The position numbers were made by a program, and so were the translations under genes. A stretch of DNA of 14,033 bases from a virus. The notes below the pieces were generated by a model, which had not been told where the DNA came from, made no database searches, and worked only from the letters and a program-made list of their open reading frames with translations. Position 1 is the first letter of the stretch; each line of letters opens with the position of its first letter. This document shows, piece by piece, positions 1-8,121 of this stretch. The stretch lies in UHGV virus genome UHGV-0124904. One strand, given 5' to 3'.

Positions 1-22
1 CAGACGTGTGCTCTTCCGATCT
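1..22. other. Illumina TruSeq adapter remnant (non-biological)
   Basis: Bases 1-22 CAGACGTGTGCTCTTCCGATCT are the exact reverse complement of the TruSeq adapter start AGATCGGAAGAGCACACGTCTG. The minus-strand tail-gene reading frame runs straight into it. Confidence 0.9.
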
Positions 23-364
23 TTCAGCAAAAAACTGAAAACCAACACCGGATGGAAAAATGATGCGAAAGCCATACACAGTGTCATTATCGTAAGCGTC
101 ACGCAGTGCTGCCTGCCCTGGACTTTCTTTGAAGTTCCCTGAGAGGGACATCTCGGAAGCTGCCGCCAGCCCGTTGATGTTCTCCTGCTCATCGGAACAA
201 AGCACAGTAACATCAATATCCTGTTTCTGCCCCGCAGTGAACTGCGCCTCCTTAAGCGTGCATTCCAGCGGGAGGAAGGTGGCTGTACCTACCGTAGTAG
301 GAGTTGCAGGTACCGAAGTGATTTGTATCTTCGTGCCCTGCGATTTTTCGTACTGAGAGCTCAT
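23..364 (-). CDS. Major tail (tail tube) protein, lambda gpV-like; 3' end truncated by contig edge/adapter
   Basis: Not in the ORF track because the frame has no stop before the window edge. ATG at 364..362 with AGGAGA 6 nt upstream. My translation MSSQYEKSQGTKIQITSVPATPTT...PGQAALRDAYDNDTVYGFRIIFPSGVGFQFFAE resembles the lambda gpV N-domain segment [31 protein letters not shown] as I recall it. Position directly after the tail-completion genes fits. Confidence 0.6.
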
Positions 365-377
365 CAGCTTTCTCCTG

Positions 378-403
378 AAATAAAAAATCCCGCCGTAGCG
401 GGT
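378..403 (-). terminator. Intrinsic terminator-like hairpin between tail-completion gene and major tail gene
   Basis: Plus-strand CCCGC(389-393) / CGTA loop / GCGGG(398-402); on the minus strand the stem is followed by ATTTTTTAT (T-run from plus 382-387). Confidence 0.5.
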
Positions 404-421
404 GGGTATGTTTAGGTCCGA

Positions 422-751
422 TCAGACGGTGATCTGAAATTCAAGCGTGGCCCGATAAAGCGCCGCATCAGGTTCAAAACCGTTAATTTCGTTCAGCCCG
501 ACAGGATGCAGATCGGCAAGAGCAGCTTTAGCCTGATCACGCAGCTCCCGGGCGTCATCAATCGACGAGGCCCAGGCATCAATCTGTACCGTGCAGGCTG
601 TCTCGGCCGGACCGGCAAATACGTCCTCACTGGCTGAAGAGGGCAGCAGGTAGATCACCCACGGTGCGGATGTTCCCTGCGGTGCCACGTATGGAAACAC
701 GTTGCCATCTGCCAGCGCGCTGAGTCGGAGATAGATATCGGCTTCTGTCAT
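422..751 (-). CDS. Tail completion / tail terminator-like protein (DUF3168-like)
   Basis: 109-aa ORF immediately upstream of the major tail gene; 4-nt ATGA overlap with the preceding gene; size and position as in HK97-like head-tail modules. Confidence 0.6.
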   Translation of the reverse strand: MTEADIYLRLSALADGNVFPYVAPQGTSAPWVIYLLPSSASEDVFAGPAETACTVQIDAWASSIDDARELRDQAKAALADLHPVGLNEINGFEPDAALYRATLEFQITV

Positions 752-1197
752 TTCGACAGTACCTCGTCGATAGCCTGATTCATTCGCGCCAGCGCCGCCT
801 GCGTGGCTTCCTCCTGCCGGGTGTCAAACGCAGGACGAACAAAGGGGTGCGCTGGCATACTCGATGTCCCCAGCTCCACAAACCGCCAGTAAAACGCGTT
901 GCGCGGATTGTCGGCCTTCATTGTGTTATCGCTGTTGCCAGTGTCCGGATTGACTCCCCGGATATGTACGCCGGAAGTGATTTCGCCGCGGCGGCGTCCT
1001 TTCTGGGTCACCACCACCACGTTCTTTTTCATTTTGCCGGTTTTGACTGGCGCGAGATTTTCTACTTCTTCTTTCAGAACCTGAGCGCCCGCCCGGGTGG
1101 CATCACGCAAAACCTTGTTATTTTCTGCCCGGCTGAGCGTTTCCAGATCCTTAGCGATGTCGGCCAGGCCGGAGAAATCAAGACTCGTTGAGATCAC
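748..1197 (-). CDS. HK97 gp10-family head-tail component
   Basis: 149-aa ORF with the family-typical basic core (VTQKGRRRGEITSGVHIRGVNPDTG) and C-terminal AHPFVRPAFD; translationally coupled (ATGA overlaps) to both neighbours. Confidence 0.65.
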   Translation of the reverse strand: MISTSLDFSGLADIAKDLETLSRAENNKVLRDATRAGAQVLKEEVENLAPVKTGKMKKNVVVVTQKGRRRGEITSGVHIRGVNPDTGNSDNTMKADNPRNAFYWRFVELGTSSMPAHPFVRPAFDTRQEEATQAALARMNQAIDEVLSK

Positions 1198-1535
1198 TGC
1201 TTCACCCCCTTCTCACAAAGTAACTCCAGGCGGGTCCCGTTTTCGGCAGAAATAGCCGACTGAATGTCGTATATCTCGCCGTTACCGGTTGGTGGCAGAT
1301 GAACGGCGCGCCAGCCTGTGGATACCGGAATGCCGGGATAGCGACGCATCCAGATCCGTGTTGTGGTGCTGCTTACCTCAGCTCCACCCTCAATCCTCTC
1401 TCGGCCGGATACGTCCGCAACCTCAGCACGCACTGAAGCCACATCCACCCAGCCAGTGGCAGGCTGACCGGAAGGCAGGCGCCCAGACGCTGGCTTTTGT
1501 AACGTAACCCGGTGTCGTAGTCGTCCCGCTTTCAT
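1194..1535 (-). CDS. Head-tail adaptor / head closure protein (phage head-tail joining family)
   Basis: 113 aa; N-terminal MKAGRLRHRVTLQ and ...DVSGRE...IWMRRYPGI... pattern typical of head-tail joining proteins; ATGA overlap with the connector gene. Confidence 0.7.
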   Translation of the reverse strand: MKAGRLRHRVTLQKPASGRLPSGQPATGWVDVASVRAEVADVSGRERIEGGAEVSSTTTRIWMRRYPGIPVSTGWRAVHLPPTGNGEIYDIQSAISAENGTRLELLCEKGVKQ

Positions 1536-1858
1536 ACGCCATATATCCGGTAGGGTTGAAGAAGCGCTTCGGTGGAGAACGCAAGCGCAGAAGTTACGTT
1601 ACCTACGTTTACAGCTTCACGGTTTGCGTACCAGTGACCGATAAGCAGCAGCATAGCCATTTCGATATCTTCGCCATAAAGCAACCGATCTGGGTCAGCA
1701 AGATAGCCAGGATCATCGGCAGTGTCATAAAGCCGACGGCGGGTCCACGTTTCGACGTACCGCGCCGCAGCCTTAATACTGGTAGCGATCCAGATATCGT
1801 CTTCCGTGAAATCCTGCTCAATGTTGCAGTGGCGCTTAACCTGCTCTTTGGTCAGCAT
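1532..1858 (-). CDS. Head-tail connector protein (HK97 gp6-like)
   Basis: 108 aa beginning MLTKEQVKRHCNIEQDFTEDD...AARYVETWTRRRL, the characteristic gp6-like N-terminus; positioned after the capsid gene. Confidence 0.8.
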   Translation of the reverse strand: MLTKEQVKRHCNIEQDFTEDDIWIATSIKAAARYVETWTRRRLYDTADDPGYLADPDRLLYGEDIEMAMLLLIGHWYANREAVNVGNVTSALAFSTEALLQPYRIYGV

Positions 1859-1867
1859 GCGCGCCCC

Positions 1868-2053
1868 TTACTTGCCTTTACCCTTGCCTTTCGGCTCAGG
1901 GTCTTTTTCCGGATCCGGCGTCCTGGCGCCGGGATCTTCGGCGTAACCGCGGTTTACAAGCTCGCGGCCGTGCTGCTCCAGCGTCTCGAACTCAGTGCCT
2001 TCGGTAAGCACGTTGCCTTCAAAGTAGATGGGCTTGATAGCGATCAGCTTCAT
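1868..2053 (-). CDS. Small hypothetical protein with C-terminal (GK)n tail
   Basis: 61-aa ORF ending EPKGKGKGK; AGGAGA Shine-Dalgarno 6 nt upstream of the ATG; lies between capsid and connector genes. Confidence 0.5.
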   Translation of the reverse strand: MKLIAIKPIYFEGNVLTEGTEFETLEQHGRELVNRGYAEDPGARTPDPEKDPEPKGKGKGK

Positions 2054-2068
2054 GGCTGTCTCCTTTAA

Positions 2069-2097
2069 GGAAAAAGAAAAGCGGCCCGCAGGCCGCC
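2069..2097 (-). terminator. Intrinsic terminator just downstream of the major capsid gene
   Basis: Perfect 6-bp GC stem GCGGCC(2081-2086) / CGCA / GGCCGC(2091-2096); on the minus strand followed by TTTTCTTTTTCC. Confidence 0.65.
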
Positions 2098-2105
2098 ATT
2101 AAGGT

Positions 2106-3326
2106 TTACGCACCGCCACCAGCAGCAGGCGCAGTGAAGGATCCGTAGATGAAAGCTTCCGGGCGTTTCACCGCCAGCGCCAGGCGCTCTTCGCAGCGAA
2201 TCGAGATCATGTTTTTCTCGAAGTCGTCGGCGTTCTCAGTGGAGATCACCACGTTGGCATCTTCACGGTCGAACAGCTGGGCAGCGGCGTTGAATGCACC
2301 GGTAAGGAACTTGCCCTGGAATGCGGCAGCTTCGGTCGCCACCACCGGCAGGCCCCACAGGGTTGGCCCGGTCAGGGCCGCCGGGTTCGCCAGGATATAG
2401 CGGCCCAGCGTATCCTTGGTGAGTTCAATCTTCGCCCAGTCAATGAAGTGCAGGACGTGGCCGGAAGCCGGGAAGCGCGCCAGCTGTGCCTGTAGCATCG
2501 CGAGGCGCAGATCGTCGATACCGTTCTGCTGCTCAACCGTAAAGGCAGCGTCGTATGCAGACGCCTGCGGCACGATGCCTTTCAGGTGCGCGCCGGTACC
2601 GTCGCCAAAGAGAATTTCCTGCTCTTCCACATACTTCAGTCCGTAACGCATCTCAGCATCAATGGTGGACTGCAGCTGAGCGAAATCGTCCAGGATCTGC
2701 TTGGACGCTTTGAACATGTGCGCGATGGTGGTCACCGGAGTGATCTGCGTGGCGAACTGGATATCGCTGTACGGCTTGGCGGTGCCTTCCGGCACGACTT
2801 TCGCCGCATTGGTGAATCCGGTCTGCTGCACCCAGAAGATGGCTGGCGCCGAGGTGCGGCCCGGAGCAATCAGATCCCGGATGAAGAGGCGCTGCTTCGG
2901 CGCGGTATCAATACCCGGCAGGCGCTGCGGCTCGACCACGCCGGTTGCCACGTCAGTGGAGATCAGCGCAGCATTAACCGGAACGCTGACGCGCTTGCCG
3001 CCTTCAACGCTTGCCGCGAAAGCTTTTAGCGCTTCACTGCTGATAACGGTCTGGCCGACGGTCTCGATAATTTTTGTAGCGCTGGCCAGCGGCATCTGAG
3101 CTACCTGCTGCTCAATTTCACCTACTGAAGATTTCAGCGACTTAAGCGCATCGTTCAGCGCATTGTGTTCAGTGGCAATTTTATCCACTGCCTCTTTGGT
3201 TTGCGCGGACAACTGACCAGAGCTTTTAGCCTCCTTCAGCGCGTCCTCGGCTTTCTGGCTGAAAGTGCCGGAAACTTCTTCCAGCTTCGCAGAAACTTTT
3301 TTCAGTAATTCGTTAACTTCAGACAT
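2106..3326 (-). CDS. Major capsid protein, HK97 fold, with N-terminal delta (scaffolding) domain
   Basis: 406 aa. First ~100 residues are a Lys/Glu/Ala-rich predicted coiled coil (delta domain), followed by a capsid-like body; follows the prohead protease gene and no separate scaffold gene is present. Confidence 0.9.
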   Translation of the reverse strand: MSEVNELLKKVSAKLEEVSGTFSQKAEDALKEAKSSGQLSAQTKEAVDKIATEHNALNDALKSLKSSVGEIEQQVAQMPLASATKIIETVGQTVISSEALKAFAASVEGGKRVSVPVNAALISTDVATGVVEPQRLPGIDTAPKQRLFIRDLIAPGRTSAPAIFWVQQTGFTNAAKVVPEGTAKPYSDIQFATQITPVTTIAHMFKASKQILDDFAQLQSTIDAEMRYGLKYVEEQEILFGDGTGAHLKGIVPQASAYDAAFTVEQQNGIDDLRLAMLQAQLARFPASGHVLHFIDWAKIELTKDTLGRYILANPAALTGPTLWGLPVVATEAAAFQGKFLTGAFNAAAQLFDREDANVVISTENADDFEKNMISIRCEERLALAVKRPEAFIYGSFTAPAAGGGA

Positions 3327-3335
3327 GGTCTTTCC

Positions 3336-4184
3336 TTATTGGCCGAACGCCGCCAGGGCGTCTTCAAGTTGTTTGATATTGTCAGGGTTGATTTCTTCGG
3401 TAGCGCCCGGCGTACCTTCAGGGATGGCAGCAGCGCCTGGCTTGCTGCCGGATAAGGCTTTAAGAAGTTTTCGACGCTCAGAGCGCGGCGTATCGGTTTT
3501 GGCCAGCAGCGCATCAAGCTTGCGCAGCGCCGCCGCCGGGCTGTCGTCGTCGTCAGCAATTTCATCAGCGGAGAGGAGGCTGTCAGCAAATCCTTTCGCC
3601 ACCGCGTCACTGCCGCCAATATAGGTTTCGCCGTCCATCATCTTTTCGACGGTGGCGGCATCAAGACCGCTGCGTGCCTGGTAGATATCGCTCATCGCTT
3701 TATCAAACGGCTCCATGTCAGCGGCGATCTGCGCCAGGTCGTGACGGTTACCCATCGCATAGACCCAGCAGTTGTGGATCATCAGGAATGCACCGCGCCC
3801 GATCTGCACGTCGTCACCGGCCATCGCGATGACCGACGCCGCCGACGCTGCCAGGCCCAGCACCTTCACAGTGACCCTGCCTTCGTACTCGCGCAGCAGG
3901 TTATAAATCGCAAGGCCCTCGAACATGTCGCCGCCGGGGCTGTTGATGTTGACCGTTACGTCAGCGCCATTAAGGGAGCGCAGCGCACCAGCAATGCGGC
4001 TGGCTGTCACCCCCTCCCCCCAGAAATCAGCGCCGATCACGTCGAAGATAGAAATGCTGTTGTCACCGTCCCGGGCCGCACGGATGCCACCGTTCCAGCG
4101 CTCCATTGCCGCAGCTGGCAGATCGGGTTTTTCGCGCGCAAAAGGTCGCCCCTCCGGCGCAGCCGGAAGGCTTTTAATCGTCAT
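3336..4184 (-). CDS. Prohead maturation protease, ClpP-like serine peptidase
   Basis: 282 aa with the ClpP-like signatures NINSPGGD, GLAASAASVIA (Ser region) and MIHN (His region); Ala/Lys-rich C-terminal extension; between portal and capsid genes. Confidence 0.85.
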   Translation of the reverse strand: MTIKSLPAAPEGRPFAREKPDLPAAAMERWNGGIRAARDGDNSISIFDVIGADFWGEGVTASRIAGALRSLNGADVTVNINSPGGDMFEGLAIYNLLREYEGRVTVKVLGLAASAASVIAMAGDDVQIGRGAFLMIHNCWVYAMGNRHDLAQIAADMEPFDKAMSDIYQARSGLDAATVEKMMDGETYIGGSDAVAKGFADSLLSADEIADDDDSPAAALRKLDALLAKTDTPRSERRKLLKALSGSKPGAAAIPEGTPGATEEINPDNIKQLEDALAAFGQ

Positions 4185-4192
4185 GGATACTC

Positions 4193-5497
4193 CTAAGCCG
4201 CCTGTTTCAGCGGGGACTGTTCGAAGGGGATGTCGGGGAATACGTGGTTATGGACCTGTCGCAGCGCGAAAGCCTGTGCTGCCTGGCTGTTTTGCTTCAG
4301 GTCTTCAAGCGGCGTCAGGTTGAGCTGCACCGTATAAAGATCGCCGCCCTCAATCGGTGGCATGTTCTCCAGGCGGCGCACGTCGTTACGGGACATCCAG
4401 CCGTTCTGCAGCGCACTGGTGTAGTACGCCGCCCGGCCAGCACTGTCGGCGCGCAGCAGGCCTTCTACCGAGAACTCGGCAAAGAGGTCCTCTTCACCAT
4501 TCAGCAGACAGCGGGAAATCTCCTGCTCAATATTCACCAGCAGCGGGCGCAGCGTGTGGGTCAGGAACTGGAGATTCATCCCCTCCAGGCTCGATGCCCA
4601 GCTGCTTTGCTTCGAAGTATGCCCGACCATAAACGGTGGTACGCGGAACCAGCGGCAAATTTCCTCAATACTGAATGAGCGACTTTCCAGCATCTGGGCA
4701 TCTTCAGGGTTCATGGTGACACCCTGATATTTCAGGCCGCCCTCAAGCACCATGATTTTTCCGGCGTTTTTGGAACCGGTAAACTTCGCCATATAACCGC
4801 GAAGTCTTTCCCGCTGATCTTCGTCCAGCGCATTGTCCGATGAGAGAAACCCGGAGCTTTGCAGGCCCTGTTCAAAAATCTTTGCAGCAGATTCTTCAAC
4901 TGCCATCGCGGAGCCGATTACATCCCGACCCGTCCTCATCGGCATCATGCCGCAGACACCATCGAGACCGAACCCACGGATGTGCATCAGGTTCTTTTCG
5001 GGAATAACGCGTTTCTTGCCATCCTCGGTGTACGTGTATTCCAGCCGCCCGGTATCAAGCCGCTTCACCACCATGTTCTGGGGCAGCAGTGGCACCAGCG
5101 ACACCAGCTTATTGCCGATAAACAGCTTCTCGACAAAGGCATTTCCGCGCAGGCAGATGCTGGCCACCACCATCAACATAAAGCGCGACGGCGTCATTTC
5201 CAGGTTGGGACGGCGACAAAGCACCTGGTAAACCGGATGGTTCTGCGCCAGCTTGCGCGAGCCATCAGCCTGTCGGGTGTAAATCTTAACCGGCAGCGTG
5301 GACACCGACTCGCTCAGAAGCCGGACGCAGGCCCAGACTGCCGAAAGCTGGATCGCCCGATCTGCCGTGACGACCTTGCCGCTGCTGCTCGTGCCGTACC
5401 ACTCCTGCCAGAACGTTCCGGTAGTCAGGCTGATGGGCACGCCCAGCCAGTTGAGCAGGGCACTTTTTACCTTGCCCGGCTGCTTACTTTTCTTCAT
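4193..5497 (-). CDS. Portal protein (HK97-family)
   Basis: 434 aa; 1-nt TGATG stop/start overlap with the large terminase gene; size and position between TerL and protease are canonical. Confidence 0.85.
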   Translation of the reverse strand: MKKSKQPGKVKSALLNWLGVPISLTTGTFWQEWYGTSSSGKVVTADRAIQLSAVWACVRLLSESVSTLPVKIYTRQADGSRKLAQNHPVYQVLCRRPNLEMTPSRFMLMVVASICLRGNAFVEKLFIGNKLVSLVPLLPQNMVVKRLDTGRLEYTYTEDGKKRVIPEKNLMHIRGFGLDGVCGMMPMRTGRDVIGSAMAVEESAAKIFEQGLQSSGFLSSDNALDEDQRERLRGYMAKFTGSKNAGKIMVLEGGLKYQGVTMNPEDAQMLESRSFSIEEICRWFRVPPFMVGHTSKQSSWASSLEGMNLQFLTHTLRPLLVNIEQEISRCLLNGEEDLFAEFSVEGLLRADSAGRAAYYTSALQNGWMSRNDVRRLENMPPIEGGDLYTVQLNLTPLEDLKQNSQAAQAFALRQVHNHVFPDIPFEQSPLKQAA

Positions 5498-7227
5498 CAG
5501 AAACCTACCATGATTGGATTTTCAAAGAAGCCGCTCAGATCCTGAGCATCATTACCACCATTGACCAGCATCCGGCTTTTAGCCGTAAACAGTGCAACCG
5601 GTCCGTCAATTTTGTTTTCAGGTGTGGACTTGTTCGGGAAGATGTTGTCGTTTTTGTCCGGCTTAACCGTGACGTTTGACATCATCCACCGCATTACGGG
5701 GTTGTCGTCATGGTGGAACTTGTTGCCGTAAATCTCGGCCTGCACTGATTTCATGGACTCAGAAAGGTTTTTGACCGTCTGTGCGACTTCCACCAGCGGC
5801 AAGCCTTCCTCCGCAAGTGACAGGCTGAACTGCACGGCGCTCCAGGGATCGAAAGCAATCTCCTTGATGTTCTCGCCCTTCACCCACTCCACAATGTCGG
5901 CTTTAATCATGCCGTGATCGATAACGTCCCCGTCAGTCAGCTCGAGATATCCGGCGTCGGCCCACTTCCTGTAAAGCTCTGCAATATGGGCTGGCGCTGT
6001 TTCCAGTCGCCCTTCCGGGATCCAGAAGCGTGGCTGCATATGAGTTTCACCTGCAGGATCGCGCCAGGCTTTCACCGCTGCACAAATATCAATTTTGTTG
6101 GCGAGGTCGACCCCCACCCACAGTGGCCACGCCTTACGCTCAGCTTCCGAAGCAATACCCGGCATTTTTGCCCAGCGGTCCATGTCCATCCAGGCGCTCT
6201 CAGCTGTTACCCAGATGTTCAGGTGCTTGGTAAAGAAGTTCGGTCGCGCCGCGACCTGCTCCTTTGCCTTTTTGGCAAGGCGGCGCATATCGTCCCAGCG
6301 CTTACAGATACCGAGGCCGGGGTTAGCTTTCGGCCAGTTGGCCTCGTCAAAAGGATCGTCGCCATCGTCGAGGGTATAAATCAGGGCAAAGTAGGTGTCA
6401 TCCTCCACCACGCCGCGCAGCACCTTGATGGCGTAATCCCGCTGCTCGTAACAGATGCCCTCTTTATTGGTACCCGCCGTCGTTATTGCGAAAAGCAGGG
6501 ACTGAAGGCGCGCACCGGTAGCTGTTTCCAGAACGTCCCACACGTCACGGGTACGGTGAGCGTGCAGCTCGTCGACAATGCCGCAATGTATATTCAGGCC
6601 GTCGAGGTTATTCGCATCGCTGGAGAGCGGCTCAAACTTAGAGGCCGAATGCTCCTGGTGAATGTTGAGCTTAACGTGACCAAAAAGACGCCCCAGCGTG
6701 CGGGGGGCTTTCTTGATCATGTTCTTGGCATCATCAAAAACAATCCGCGCCTGGTCCCGGGTCGTCGCAGCTGAGTAAACCTCAGCACCACCCTCGCCAT
6801 CAGCACCGGTCATATAAAGCCCGATACCAGACGAAAGTGTGGACTTAGCGTTTTTACGCGCCACCTCGTCATAAGCCGTGCGGAAGCGGCGCACCATGAC
6901 CGTGTCACCGTCATCATCGATCACAGCCAGGCCTGTCATCTCATCAATCAGCGGAACGACGAAACCAAAAATGTTGATCAGGATAAAAACGTGCCAGGCC
7001 ATCAGCGTGATCGGCTTGCCTGCCAGCGCCCCTTTAACGTGTGGGACGAAATTATAAAAATCGAGGATGTGCTGGGCGCGTTCCTCACTGAAGTAGATGC
7101 CGCGCCCAGGCCCATGCTCTAAATCATTAAGAAATCGCTGGCACGCCAGGCGCACCAGTTCGCCAGCAACAATCTCGCCAGACAGCACGCGCTCGGCGTA
7201 CTGAATACCTTCCGAAACCGTTGCCAT
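5497..7227 (-). CDS. Terminase large subunit
   Basis: 576 aa; Walker-A-like VARKNAKST followed by DGEGGAEVYSAATTRDQARIVF and a Walker-B-like GIVDELH, then a C-terminal nuclease-sized domain. Confidence 0.9.
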   Translation of the reverse strand: MATVSEGIQYAERVLSGEIVAGELVRLACQRFLNDLEHGPGRGIYFSEERAQHILDFYNFVPHVKGALAGKPITLMAWHVFILINIFGFVVPLIDEMTGLAVIDDDGDTVMVRRFRTAYDEVARKNAKSTLSSGIGLYMTGADGEGGAEVYSAATTRDQARIVFDDAKNMIKKAPRTLGRLFGHVKLNIHQEHSASKFEPLSSDANNLDGLNIHCGIVDELHAHRTRDVWDVLETATGARLQSLLFAITTAGTNKEGICYEQRDYAIKVLRGVVEDDTYFALIYTLDDGDDPFDEANWPKANPGLGICKRWDDMRRLAKKAKEQVAARPNFFTKHLNIWVTAESAWMDMDRWAKMPGIASEAERKAWPLWVGVDLANKIDICAAVKAWRDPAGETHMQPRFWIPEGRLETAPAHIAELYRKWADAGYLELTDGDVIDHGMIKADIVEWVKGENIKEIAFDPWSAVQFSLSLAEEGLPLVEVAQTVKNLSESMKSVQAEIYGNKFHHDDNPVMRWMMSNVTVKPDKNDNIFPNKSTPENKIDGPVALFTAKSRMLVNGGNDAQDLSGFFENPIMVGF

Positions 7228-7230
7228 TCA

Positions 7231-7728
7231 TCATTTGCGCTTTTTAAGAAATTCATCCAGTGGATCGGCCTCAGCCGGGCCTTTAGCGCCAACCTTGGAC
7301 CGGCTGGCCGGGGTCATGCCGAATTCAGCGAGCATTGCCCTGATGCGCTTCCACGCATCGGCTTTCATTACTGCCGCCGGGTGCGGCTTAATCATCCTGA
7401 TTTCCCGCTCTTTCCCTTCGTCCGGTTCATCCTCGCTGTAGACGGCGTAGGTGTAACCTTCCCGCTCTAACGTCTCGCAGTGATTCCGGTACTCTGTGTA
7501 AGCCTCGATCAGCAGTTCAAGTGCTTTACCGTCCAGGGTGGTCATCACCCCGACAGCATCAAGCTCTTCGCCAATTCGCTTAAACCAGTACTTCCCCATC
7601 TTGTCGAAATGCTTCGGAACTGGGGGGACCCCAGAAGCGGGTTTTGGCTCGTCTTTGTTGACAGCTCGTTTTGATGGGTTCCCCTTCACCAAAGCCAGAT
7701 GTGTCGGGGTTTTCGGTGGTCCTGGCAT
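7231..7728 (-). CDS. Terminase small subunit (P27-family-like)
   Basis: 165 aa, Pro/Lys-rich N-terminus and C-terminal EFGMTPASRSK motif typical of P27-type small terminases; ends 3 nt before the TerL start; AGGAG 9 nt upstream of the ATG. Confidence 0.8.
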   Translation of the reverse strand: MPGPPKTPTHLALVKGNPSKRAVNKDEPKPASGVPPVPKHFDKMGKYWFKRIGEELDAVGVMTTLDGKALELLIEAYTEYRNHCETLEREGYTYAVYSEDEPDEGKEREIRMIKPHPAAVMKADAWKRIRAMLAEFGMTPASRSKVGAKGPAEADPLDEFLKKRK

Positions 7729-7920
7729 AATCGAAAACTCCTATTAATCGATGGTGGGGATCCCCATAAAAAAGTTTTCTAACCTGCGGCGGTGTGAAAA
7801 AAGGTTAGGCGGCGGTCCTTAGCAGTCAGAGGCCTGAACTTTCGACCCGCCCTCCCCTGTTGATGAGAATCGATATCATTCACCCGGAAATGATTGCATT
7901 TGAAATCATTTTACTTTCAT
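7729..7920. promoter_or_regulatory. Candidate cos / packaging-recognition and promoter region upstream of the small terminase gene
   Basis: 192-bp non-coding gap. GCGGCGGT occurs twice (7787-7794, 7809-7816), each preceded by CTAACC or its complement GGTTAG and an A6 run. An AT-rich 7-bp inverted repeat AATGATT..AATCATT lies at about 7889-7912. The HNH-then-TerS context is typical of cos phages. Confidence 0.25.
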
Positions 7921-8121
7921 TCAGTCGAGGTGAAAGTCATCGCTGAGGTTGCGCCGCCGCGCGCTGCTGGCATTGTGCGGGCAGGCGCTGGAGTTATGGC
8001 CTGACTGGCCGTAGTAACCGCAGCGCAGGTTCGCACGGCGGGCTGAGCCTCCCCATGTCTTTGGGCAATTTGCTACGGTGTGCAGCGTCGAGCCGCAGTA
8101 GGTGCAACGCGTATAGCTCAT
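7921..8121 (-). CDS. Small tandem zinc-knuckle-like (CCHC) protein, function unknown
   Basis: 66-aa ORF with ATGA overlap onto the HNH stop. Unit 1 CTYCGSTLHTVANCP fits C-x2-C-x4-H-x4-C; unit 2 CGYYGQSGHNSSACP has the same spacing with Tyr replacing the second Cys. Confidence 0.5.
   Translation of the reverse strand: MSYTRCTYCGSTLHTVANCPKTWGGSARRANLRCGYYGQSGHNSSACPHNASSARRRNLSDDFHLD

Noticed and set aside
129-356. 75-aa plus-strand ORF from the track
   Set aside because: It is antisense to the minus-strand frame encoding a gpV-like major tail protein, which has an ATG, a Shine-Dalgarno site and a recognisable family motif; the plus-strand ORF has no such support.
5914-6774. 286-aa plus-strand ORF, plus other long plus-strand ORFs at 4859-5545, 1556-2068, 8055-8609, 10185-10883 and 10549-11094
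   Set aside because: All lie antisense to well-supported minus-strand genes (terminase, portal, connector, HNH, endolysin, holin) in GC-rich DNA where long spurious antisense frames are common; no ribosome-binding sites or recognisable domains.
7756-7765. GGGGATCCCC palindrome
   Set aside because: A 10-bp palindrome containing a BamHI site; too short to call a feature on its own, so it is only mentioned within the candidate cos region.
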